A DNA stretch of 60,952 bases, the filler included, from Basidiobolus ranarum (lineage: Eukaryota), in the NCBI GenBank assembly GCA_040143965.1. It is 15 parts of 15 records of this genome, joined end to end, with 100 filler letters (N's around TTAATTAATTAA, not from the genome) between each part and the next. Parts side by side here need not be neighbours in the genome. Positions count along the whole stretch, not along the records: positions 48,870 to 52,831 come from JASJQH010002192.1; positions 52,932 to 56,892 come from JASJQH010002193.1; positions 56,993 to 60,952 come from JASJQH010002194.1; 12 more parts are not named here. One strand, given 5' to 3'. The notes under the pieces were generated by a model. The model was not told the origin of the DNA. It saw only the letters and a program-made list of their open reading frames with translations, and did no database searches. The position numbers and the translations under genes were made by a program. This document shows positions 50,590 to 60,952 of the stretch, piece after piece. How positions within the stretch are numbered: position 1 is the stretch's first letter; each line of letters opens with the position of its first letter.

Positions 50590-51956
50590 AAAGAATTTTA
50601 TAAGGCAAATAATGGGTTTACTGCTCTTGGAATTTAAATCAAAATGTATGCCATTATACAGATATTTAGGCTTTGTATAGCTGCCACAATGAAAATTAAA
50701 AATACAAGAATCTTATTGTGTTTGGTCTCTACAAGTATTGGGCTTTATAGCTGACACTGTGCTCAAACAATGCAAGGACCAATGAGCGCATTGAAAAGAG
50801 CCCTGTGTTTGAAGATCAATAAACTCAGGGGGCAACTTAACCCATAGCATTACATACATTACTGATTTTTTTACATATTGAAAATCTGACTAGCATACAG
50901 TAATACTTTCAATCTCACATGGAGCATACTTTCATCACAGGTATGCTTCATTGGGAACTCCCAGAAAGTATGCAAGGGCCTATAATGGCTAAACATTATG
51001 AAAGATGCAGCTGGGAATTTATTGAATACTAGCAGACATTTAGTCTATCTTGTTGGATCTATAATCAAGTTCTTCATGTCCAATTACAAAATTTTGACCC
51101 AATTACTGTATATGCCTGAAATCTGCCAATGTCAGTTGATACCCTAGGAATATATCAACAATATTCACAAACAACTGCTAAAGAAGCCAATACATATCAG
51201 GCAGAAATTTCTTCAAGATTGCACTTGAAAACACAAAATTGAATACTTCCACTCTTTGCATTTAAATAAATGCCCATATGAATGGATATTGCTCAGGGGC
51301 CTAGTAAAATATTAAGGTACCTTGATATTTCAAGCATTATTCTCATTGATTTAAGCTTTGCTCCTATCTTTTATGGCTGATTAAGATCGAATATTCCACT
51401 CTACATTTGAGCAGGTACTATTAGAATGTTGTTTAACAGTAAATGCATAGAGCCTAATGGGAAGCTCTGGTTCAGCTAATCCCTTTTAGCAATATATTCT
51501 GGTACTTCAACTTATCCCAAGTTTGATATTAGACTCACTATTTTTGAGTTGGTATCAATGAGCATGTTGAAATCAGACAGGGCTCTTGTGGGAAAAATAT
51601 AGAGTTTAGTCATCTATTTGAGTAGTAGTAATATATCTTTGTGGTAGAGTAAAGTCCATTGTTCTGACAGAAGCTACAGCAAAATAGTGCATTGTGCTCT
51701 TGAAAACCTCCAAGTTTACTGCTGGCAGGAGTGTTGGCACTACATACAATGATACTAGCTTTGAAATAATATTCAACATCTGAACCCTGTCAGATAATGT
51801 TCCTTGTTCTTCAATTAGAGGCACCAAGAAGCCATCCATAAGCATTGGTGACTTATGCCTGAATATTTTGAATAACATCAAAATATTGTGACTCCTAAAC
51901 CATTCAGAAGGAGAAGTTTCAAGTCAATCAAAATTACTGGCCAGCATTTGCTAAAT
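50590..51956 (-). mobile_element. CACTA-type transposase relics
   Basis: 50590-50720 matches 24170-24310. 51440-51945 matches 3165-3665 and 23055-23570. Confidence 0.7.
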
Positions 51957-52831
51957 TGTGGCTTACTAAGTATTAGTTAACTTATGCAACACTAGGCATT
52001 TTCCCAGATCAGTATTGTCAGTACCATCAGTCAGAGTTATCTAGTTATCACTCAGTATTAGTTAGTGGTCATATGCTGTTTCAGTAGTTAGTAATAATAG
52101 GTCACATGAAAGTCTTATAATCAAATTCCATATAAGGTCATATGAACATATCTCTTCCATGCTGGTGGTCTCATGATTATATTGACTATTGACACTGCAA
52201 CATATATCAGCTGATTGCTGTGATGCCTCAGGATGCCTTGGTTCATTACTATGCCATCCCATTATGATGTAGCCAGATCCTGATATTGCAATTTGATTAG
52301 TAATCAGGGAATGAGTCATTACTCATCTGTTCTATCAGTGTGAAATTGGATACTGCAATATCTCCCTCAATGAACCTCAGACCAGTTTTAGTGAGTACAA
52401 TACTAACTTACTTGACTCTCTAACCAACTTGGCTACTTTGAAATAGAACACTGGTAGCAGCAAAAACCTATCCTGCACTCTGAAGAAGAACCCTTGCCCT
52501 GTCCAACGTACCAGATTGGAGATCATCCATTGAATAGATCATGACCTTACAGCCCTAACCTCTGCAGGTTTTGAGCCAGCAACAGCAAGGTTTTACTGAT
52601 ACTACCAGAACCAACTGGGCCCAACTATAGCAAGAAGTTTTATGAGCACCAAAATTGACTAGTACATTTTTAAAGTTGATGCAAATCTTGGTACTAGAAT
52701 GTTTCAGCTAGAAGAAGCCTTTAAAGCCAGAAAAGTCCAAGATGCCAGCAAGCTGCACTTTGCAGCCTCCTGTATAACTGATTCAGCCTATCAGTGGTAT
52801 CAAAAAGTCTAAGAAGATGAGTAGTGCTGAG
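51957..52831 (+). mobile_element. Ty3/gypsy 5' end: LTR ~51957-52450, PBS and gag N-terminus
   Basis: TG...AACA LTR-like block. PBS TGGTAGCAGC at 52452-52461. gag relic MFQLEEAFKARKVQDASKLHFAASCITDSAYQWYQ. Confidence 0.75.
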
Positions 52832-52931
52832 NNNNNNNNNNNNNNNNNNNNNNNNNNNNNNNNNNNNNNNNNNNNTTAATTAATTAANNNNNNNNNNNNN
52901 NNNNNNNNNNNNNNNNNNNNNNNNNNNNNNN

Positions 52932-53290
52932 GTCAACCCACACATAGTGTATTTCCGCCAACACCTTCCATGGAAGGGCACCTGATCATACTTACATCAT
53001 CCCTCTTTTTATTGGTCCTGGTAGTCTCCAACACCCCAACACTTGAACTTGCCACAGTATATTCCCTATTCAGTAAATTATGATTCATCCTGCAATATCT
53101 ATATAAGCCTCATGTATTCTTTGATCAGAACTCAGTCTTTTCAATGCCAGTCATCAATAAAGATTCTTGCCACAGTATCTTCCCTGTCCAGTCTTGTCTT
53201 GTCTTGTCTTTCAATCTACACCCAAGTACTCTCCTGCCTTCTAGCCTCTTGTCATTGTTTCCAGTCTTTGTCCAGTTCCTTATTGTGACA
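52932..53290 (+). repeat. 3' part of another LTR (AATAAA, (GTCTT)n, ends TGTGACA) abutting the CACTA relic
   Basis: AATAAA near 53156 and a GTCTT pentamer run at ~53191-53210. CACTA homology stops exactly at ...TGACA. Confidence 0.5.
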
Positions 53291-53920
53291 GATAGTGCAT
53301 TATGCCCATGAAAACCTCCAAGTTTGCTGATAGCAGGATTGTCACCAATATGTAACAAGATATTAAATTTAATAACATATTCAACAATCTGAACCCCATT
53401 AGATAATTGTTCAAATTTCAGAAGCAAAGGCTCCAAGAAGCTCTCTATAAGCACTGGTGATTTAGGTCCAGATGTGATGGATAATATCAAGATATTATGA
53501 CTCTGATATTGCTTAGAAGGAGGAAGATATAAGTTAATTAAAATTATTGGCTGGCAAGCCTTTCCAATGGTATATTTGTTTAGCAAGAAACCATCCAGAG
53601 CCCACAGAAATGTATGATTATACATGTTCTCAAAGAAACCTTGGCTTTTCAGATTCTGGTAGTGATATCCATCAAGAATATTGGTAATACCATCAGCTTT
53701 ATGGTGAGTACTTTGGTATTGGATCAGTCATCTATATTTGGGCAATTTCATCAAAACTTTAAGATGGGAAATCAACAGTATGTAAGCCAAATATGAACAA
53801 TGTTTACCTGTTTTAGTGATTGCCAATTGTGTGCAAACAGTACATGACTTCAGGTTTTTCCAATCACCAGTGAAAGCCAAATAAACATCTGGACATGAAG
53901 GTAGTTTAATTACTGAAGTA
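53291..53920 (-). mobile_element. CACTA/EnSpm Tnp2-like transposase relic (best-preserved copy)
   Basis: ALDGF...PIILINLYLPP...NILILSITSGPKSPVLIESFLEPL...LHIGDNPAISKLGGFHGHNA. Confidence 0.85.
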
Positions 53921-54169
53921 TTACTCTAAATGATAGAAATATCAATCAGATCACTTTTACCAATTTTTACTCTTTTCTCAAAACTTCTCAAATCATCTCA
54001 AATTTTCACCAACGCTTCGCAGGCATGTTTGTGATGATCTAAGCATGTCCAATAGTCCAATTTCATAGTGAATATCAATAGTACATATTCAATTCATTAA
54101 AACTCAAGTCTAATTCACAAATCCAAATCTTCTTCAAAACACTTCCAAGTCCCCTAAGCACTTTTATCA
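53921..54169 (+). repeat. Partial family A LTR abutting a family A integrase in the opposite orientation
   Basis: Matches the 3' two-thirds of 50197-50546 and ends CTTTTATCA. Confidence 0.78.
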
Positions 54170-56060
54170 GCAATGGCTTTGGATTTAGATTTTAGAAAGA
54201 TTACCATAGTGCAGCTTGTGTTGTCATTGATAAAGGTCATGCAGTGTCTTTTGCCACCTAGTGAGACATTGTTCATGGGCCTACATAGGTCACAATGCAT
54301 CAGGGCAAAATTCTGAGTGGATTTGATCTTTCCAAAGCTGGAAAATGGCTGTCTGTGATGTTTTCCATATATGAAACCTTCACACAAAATAAATATGGTG
54401 ATGTTTTCAATTCCTAATCCTGAAACATACTAATTTGTTCCCCAATGGGGCCTAAGCTTCCAGGCCACATTTGACAGCTTATTTCACCAATTTTGCCCAT
54501 GTTTTCATGCTCAGATTCCGATTTTTTGTTTTCTGGCTGGCATAAGTTTTGAGTTGTGATCTATTAGCTAATTTGGTAATATTCTGATCTCATAGAGCAT
54601 CCAGCCTTGCTGGGTGCAAATTTAGTCCTTGAACTTTTGCTTGGCTTACTGAGAATAGATTCTTGGCTATATTTGGTACATAGAGTGCATTAACTAATTA
54701 TGCCAATGGTATAGCTGAATTTTGTTGTAAATTGAGCACAACTGTGTCCTAACCAACTGCATCTAGTGAATAGTCATGACCTAAGTAGACTTTCTTTGTT
54801 AGGATGGGTTTCAAGCTCAAAAACCAATCTTGCCTGTTTGACATAAGCTGAGAAGCTCCCAATTCAATATATCATGTTTCTGAGTCTTACTTAGTGGATA
54901 CCAATATGGTAAACACAAATAGATGCTACCTATCAGTACTTACTTGATTTATATGCTCACTTTATAGCTTTGTGGAAAAAATCCTTTTTCAGCAAGCTTC
55001 AATCAAATGGCTTGGCTTCATGCAATACTTGCAGATAGTTGATTTCCTTTTAGAGGCACCATTATTGAAGCCTGTTGTATGTTTTACACCTCCAAAAGAA
55101 GCCCAATCTGCATTATTTTGATGAGAATTAGATCTCCTCAATACCTCATTCAATAGCCTGGCACCTACATATTCCATTGTTCATGGCACTGATCTTAATT
55201 GTAGGGCAATTATGAGGTTCCAAACTTGTCTGACAGGTTCTAATTAGTGTCATGACTAAGTCATCTTCATTTGGAGGGGCTCCAACAAATGAGAGCTGAT
55301 CTGCCATAGTTTTTATCCCATTTATACCCTTGGCCATAGAATCATCAGAATTTATATGAACTGAGAACAATTTTCACCAAAGATATAGCTTATTAACCAG
55401 ACCTTTAGTCTGATATAGTCCCTCAGGTGTTTCCAAAGCTGTTTGAATGTTTTAGCTGAGTGTACGTGTCACAATTGAGAGTGTCTGATATATGTACAAA
55501 GTGTAGAGGGTGTTTTCCTCTCCTTCTTGTGAAAGGCAATGATAGCTTCTGGTGGTCCCTTTAGCTCTATTTCCTCTGATGTAATTGATCTTCAAAGGTC
55601 CTTGTCTTCTAGCACCATCACAATCTTGAACTACGAAAAATTAAAGTCTTCACCATCACACTTCTTTGTGGAGGCTGGGACACTGGTAATAGAACCGCAA
55701 GACATGCCTTTAACAACTCCCTTGCAGCTCATAACCTAATAAATGTGTTTTGGACAAGATACAGATTTTTGAATCAGAAACTTGAGTTTTATTAAATTGA
55801 ATATGTCCTATTTATAATTTACTATAAAATAGGACTATTGGACATACTTAGATCATTACAAACATGTTTGTTGAGAATGTGTAAAGATTTTTGTGATTTG
55901 GAGAAGATTTGAGAAAATAGAAAAATTGATAAAAGTGATCTAATGGATGTTTGTGTCTATTAGAGCAACATACACACATTTATGAATGGCACAACTGAGT
56001 GCTTAATATTCAGAATATGGATAAACTGAATAATGAGTTGCTATTTACCTAATTACAACA
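54170..56060 (-). mobile_element. Copia family A 5' part: LTR 55738-56060, PBS, gag, protease and integrase start
   Basis: PBS AGGTTATGAGC at 55727-55737. gag ATG at 55705. CKYCMKPSHLIEAC zinc knuckle. Protease relic near 54860. Integrase CEG..YGKHHR and HCDLC. Confidence 0.9.
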
Positions 56061-56892
56061 ATACATAAAAGATATTAGCTTTAAAAAAATATTAATCCAT
56101 TGATAACCCATTAAATAATCTTTCAAATTTTGCAAATAGAGACTCCAAGAAGCTATTGCCAAGCATTGGGAATTAAGTCCAGATATTATCAAAGGAATTA
56201 AAATAATATGACTCTTACACTGCTCAGAAGGAAGATGATTTAAGTTAATTCAATAAATTAACTAGCAAGCCTTATCAATAATACATTTGTTTAGTGTGAG
56301 ACCATCCAGGGCAATTGCAAATGCACAATCATATGTGTTCTCAAAGAAACTTTGACTTTTCAGAATCTGGTAGTGATATCCATCAAGTGTATTGGTAACA
56401 CCATCAGCTTTGTGGTGATTACTTTGGTATTGAATCCATGAACTATATTTAGGTGATTTCATCAAAACTTTAATTTGGGGAATCAACAGTATATAAGCAA
56501 ATTATTAACAATAGTCACCTAATTCAAAGATTGCCAATTTTGTGCAAACAACACAAGTGTTCTTGAAGAAATCTTGACTTTTCTGAATCTGGTAGTGATA
56601 GCCATCTAGTACATTGGTAATACTATCAACTTTTTAATCAGTACTTCAGTACTGGAACAATGATCAATGTTCAGGTATTTACATCAAAATTTAAGTCTGG
56701 AAATTAATACTTTGTATGCCAAATATGAATGGTATTTATCTGATTTGGTCAATGTCAATTATCTGCAAACAGTTACTGCCTTCAGGTTTTTGAGAACAGT
56801 TGTGAAAGCCAAACTTCAATTGGGACATGAAGTTAGTTTAATTACTGAAGGATTTTAAGTCATACAATTGTTAAGGGGCTCCACTTGTACCA
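56061..56892 (-). mobile_element. CACTA-type transposase relic with internal duplication
   Basis: DGYHYQILKSQSFFENTYDCAFAIALDG. 56340-56550 is repeated at ~56565-56780. Confidence 0.72.
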
Positions 56893-58629
56893 NNNNNNNN
56901 NNNNNNNNNNNNNNNNNNNNNNNNNNNNNNNNNNNNTTAATTAATTAANNNNNNNNNNNNNNNNNNNNNNNNNNNNNNNNNNNNNNNNNNNNATATTAGT
57001 TTACTCCCATATATTCTCGAGTAATATAACATCAGGATAATATTTTAGATCCAACGGGTTCCTATTGATCCAAATTTATCGCCAAAAAGTATGCCCGAAT
57101 CACAAACACCCAAGTGTTTACTACCTGTATTTGGTGTGCATAAAATAGATATTTTTGTCAGAACCAAATTGCTCCAATGAGCCAGTTTAGGTTGACCAAC
57201 GCTACGAAAATGCTGGGGTGGGTTCAGTGGTTAATTTAAAAATCGCGAGTGATGAGTCGCTTAATTGAAACGATGATTTACTGAAGATAAGGGGCTTATC
57301 AAGCTCACAAAGTGACAACATCAAGCGGCAAAAGCAAGTCCTCTCACCGGTACTAGTACGTGTATCGAGTGTCACAATTCGGATATCTTCAACGTAAATC
57401 GGAAATATCTGCCCTTGAGGTCATTCTTCGCAGGCTAGAGGTGTCGCTCTAAAGGTGATACGAAGGTATTTTGCTGGGGGAGCGGAGAGATCGTAATCTG
57501 CGTAAACAAGTTAAACCTAACTATTGGGTAAATTCTGAATTCTGCAAGACTTCAAGCATGCTTCTCCTTGTACCAACATGAATCCACTTCACCCGGATCC
57601 CGGAGTTTCTAACCAATGATAAAGACTATGATTGTCGTGTGAGTCGTATGATACCCAAGTCTGTAGCCCATTGGCTCAGTGGCTGCTAATTCCTTTCACC
57701 ATTGGTGAGAGCTCCAAGCAACTTTCGCCTCCCCCTACACAGATGAGATTTAATGGCTCGAGTATTATTTTGTTGCGTAAACGACCCATCTAACATACTA
57801 CCATCTATCCCCCACAGACAATAGGTAATAGATATACACCAGTTTTGGAACATCACTTCCCCAAACTCTTTCTTGGTTGGTTATTAATTAAATGATGCAG
57901 ATCATATCTCGGAGTAAACTCCTCGGTTTCCCATACCATCGGAAGTCCCCATCTTGCACGTTAAAGAGTATCAGCCATGTTATACCTAACCCTATATACC
58001 ATACTAATATCATTTCTCTAATCATCGTCGGCGAAATCATCACCCCGTAAATCACTACCTCATCCCCCCCAAATCACATAAAATCTTCCTCCAATTCACG
58101 TGATCCAAGGCCAACATTTGTTGAACATGTGTCAATAAATTAATCAACTACCTGTATATTTATCAGTCTAGAAAGCCGCACCTTAGGTTATAAGTTTCGA
58201 AAGATAGGTATGGACCATGCTCCATTACTATCACATGTAAGTCCACTTAATGATATAGGCCTGGATGCAATCCATAGAGGTTTGTTATTTGTTTTTCAAT
58301 CTATATACACTATAAGTCGATACTTCATGAAGTCAGGTCCGAAATTACCCATTCTCATTGATTTTTGAATGATTAGTAGATACCCTTTTATCTCCAGGAT
58401 CATGTGACCGACATCTAGATTGTGTATTCAATTTCATCAAAGTGTAAAATATTCTATTGAAATGCTTATTAATATTTGTCGATAATTATTGGTAGTAGTT
58501 ATAATACTTTAATTGGTGTTACATTTTACAACTATAATTAATGCATCGGTAACTATCTAATAATACAAATAGTGATTTAACATTATGGTTAAATTAGTGC
58601 CAACAATCTTAAGAGCACTAATAATTAAC

Positions 58630-58978
58630 TGTTAAAGTATTTTGGGAGTCTGTTCAAAGTGGTTTAGAGAATGAGAGAAATTGATGACTTTCACTTATTG
58701 ATTTATGGAGTAGAAAGTTGCCATTTATGGTTTTGTCCGGATGTAAACAGACTAAGGTGTAGAATATGCTAAGAAGGGTCCCAGGAACATGTGTGCAAAG
58801 TTTGGGGCTTCTAGCACAAGTCTGAAAAGCTTGTATATCTGAGAACTTCTGAGTTGGTAAAAATATTCTGAATAAGTTTCAATAAAGAATAATGAGTAAT
58901 ATCTTAGTTCAGTATAGGATAACTAAATACTAGGCTAAATATGACTATATAGGTATTTAGGCAATGCTAATTTCAACA
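58630..58978 (-). repeat. Family B LTR
   Basis: Reverse complement of the TGTTGAAATTAGCATTGCC...TTTAACA LTR. No intact TSD. Confidence 0.88.
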
Positions 58979-59013
58979 TCATCAACTCCAAATATACCAT
59001 ACTAATTGAAGAA

Positions 59014-59683
59014 TGTTGGAGGATCTTGACATAATGGGGGTACAATTTGTATATTAGCCACAACTTATGATAGTGTTTTTTATTACTTTTTTCTTAAGAG
59101 AATATGGTGACTTGTGTTGAAATTAGCATTGCCTAAACACCTATATAGTCATATATAGCTTAGTACTTAGTTATCTTATAATTCACTAAGATATTATCAA
59201 TTATTCTCAATCGGAATTTACTTGGAATATTTTTACCAACTTAGAAGTTCTCTGATATATAGATTTTTCAAACTTGTGCTAGAAGCCCCAAACTTTGCAC
59301 ACATGTTCCTGGGACCTTTCTTAACATATTCTACACGTTAGTTTGTTTACATCTTGACAAAACTATAAATGTCAACTTTCTACTCAATAAATCAATAAGT
59401 GAAAACCACCAATTCCTCCAATTCTCCAAACCACTTCCAACAGGCACCCAAATACTTTAACAACTTGTATAGTAGAGAAGTAAATCAATTGTTTGAGATA
59501 TTCAGGAGTTTTGTACAATAAGATATAATAGATAAGTGGGTGTAATAAGATATACTTGTTATAAAGATATAGAGATATTCCTATTTCAAATACAGGGGTT
59601 ATAGATACATAGCTTTCTATTTCTGATATATGTATCATAACTAAAGTTAACTAAGATGTTTAATAAAGATTAGTTATCCAACA
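59014..59683 (-). repeat. Family C LTR interrupted by a family B solo LTR
   Basis: TGTTGGAGGATCTTGAC...TTATCCAACA, homologous to 12558-12868. Confidence 0.88.
59115..59462 (+). repeat. Solo family B LTR with ACTTG target-site duplication
   Basis: ACTTG at 59110-14 and 59463-67. TGTT...AACA ends. Confidence 0.93.
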
Positions 59684-60070
59684 GATATAGAGAGCATGAA
59701 GCCTATTCCTTACCATAATATAGTTGGAAGTCTCATAAAGGCAACAACTGGTACTTGCTAAAGTATTTGGGAGGCTGTTTCAAGTGGTTTGGAGCAAAAG
59801 AGAAGTTGGTGGGTTTTGCTTATTGATTCATTGAGTAGAAAATTGATGTTTATGCTTTTGTCAAGATTTAAGCAAGCTAACACATAGAATGTGTTAAGGA
59901 AGGTCTCAGAAACATTGGTGAAAAGTTTGGGGCTTGTGGCACAAGCTTGAAAAATCTAAATATCTGAAAATGCTAAGTGGGTAGAAATGCTCTAAGTAAA
60001 TTCCAATAGAGATTGATGGGTAATATTGGGGTAAAATATATGTTATCTAAACACTAAGCTATATATGATT

Positions 60071-60252
60071 GGAATTGTTCTCTGTGATAGTGCCAGACTG
60101 TGCTGTATATATCATATTGGATAAAGTATTATAAAATTTATGTGGCACAATTTGGCACTATCCATCACCCTCTGGCATGATCAATTTCAATCATATTTAC
60201 TTTAATTTATTGATCCAAGGTCCAATAAATCCTGGCACAATGGAACAAGTCT
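60071..60252 (-). mobile_element. 182-bp MITE with ATT target-site duplication, inserted in a family B LTR
   Basis: GGAATTGTTC...GGAACAAGTCT flanked by ATT (60068-70 and 60253-55). Absent from the other B LTRs. Homologous to 13834-14015. Confidence 0.82.
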
Positions 60253-60378
60253 ATTATATAGGTGCTTAGGCAATGCTAATTTCAACACACTCTTGCAGCT
60301 AAATAGTCATATAAACTAATCCTGAGGAAAGTCTAAATTTCTCAAATTTCTGTCTAGCAAATGGTTTGCTTTAAACAT

Positions 60379-60695
60379 TGATGGATAATTAATCTTTATT
60401 CAACATCTTAGTTAACTTTAGTTATGATACATATATCAGAAACAGAAAGCAACATATTTATAGCCCCTATATTCTAAATAGGAATTTCTCTATATCAATA
60501 TATCAAATACATTTTATTACCCCCACTTATCTATTATATCTTATTGCACAAACTCCTGAATATCTCAAACAATTGATTTACTTTTCTACTATGTAAGTCA
60601 CCATACACTTTTAAGAATAAAGTAACTAAAACATACTATCATAAGTTGCTTCTAATATACAAAGCCTACCCCCATTATGTCAAGATCCTCTAACA
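60379..60695 (+). repeat. Family C LTR inserted in the family B RNase H region
   Basis: TGATGGATAATTAATC...GATCCTCTAACA is the reverse complement of the family C LTR. Confidence 0.85.
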
Positions 60696-60952
60696 TATAT
60701 CAACAATTATGTATTCTGTAGAGCAATAAGACAAGTCAAAAAACTTTTTTCTATTGTCTTTGTGATAAAATTATGACTAATATCTACAAGTTTGCTTCTA
60801 GTATGTAGGATGGGATTTCTAGCTAGTTTGATATAGCTTTGATTATCTTGAAATATTTTAGTTGGTGAATTTGAGAATAACCCAAATCTGGTCAGAGTTT
60901 TCTTCACTATATTGCTACTTTTGTTGTTCCACATGTTGAAAGTCTGGTGACT

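Larger units (their letters stand above)
59756..60952 (-). mobile_element. Copia family B 3' end (RNase H, PPT, LTR 59756-60287) carrying two insertions
   Basis: IFQDNQSYIKLARNPILHTRSKLVDI at 60707-60934. The end matches 22600-22706. Confidence 0.85.

Noticed and set aside
3983-56992. Regularly spaced TTAATTAATTAA palindromes about every 4.07 kb
   Set aside because: Artificial linkers inside N runs. The periodicity comes from length-sorted contigs, so adjacency across linkers has no biological meaning.
57200-57700. tRNA A-box-like strings (GGTTCAGTGGTTAA, TGGCTCAGTGG)
   Set aside because: No B-box or cloverleaf at the right spacing.

Overview
The window is not one locus. It is 15 unlinked contigs of steadily decreasing length (3982 to 3960 bp) joined by 14 artificial 100-bp linkers (N44-TTAATTAATTAA-N44), so gene neighbourhoods only mean something within a contig. 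The DNA is eukaryotic, with short GT-AG introns carrying CTAAC branch points. Gene content suggests an early-diverging (zygomycete-grade, possibly Basidiobolus-like) fungus; this is inference. About half the sequence is decayed, strongly CpG-depleted and nested mobile DNA: three Ty1/copia families, Ty3/gypsy pieces, CACTA/EnSpm-type transposase relics, a 182-bp MITE and an unidentified repeated coding family. Host genes include a 7TM receptor with a His-rich ectodomain, a DPBB/expansin-like protein with a CBM19 module, a Cys-rich secreted protein, a C2H2 zinc-finger factor, an F-box protein, a TM-RING-H2 ligase fragment and a GT23 (FUT8/NodZ-type) fucosyltransferase. Pseudogenes include an arrestin-like gene, an SDR, a GH18 remnant and a CBM19 remnant. 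The most striking signal is a 5'-truncated ORF at 36675-37215 that closely follows the C-terminus of class I hyaluronan synthases and sits beside a GH18 remnant.
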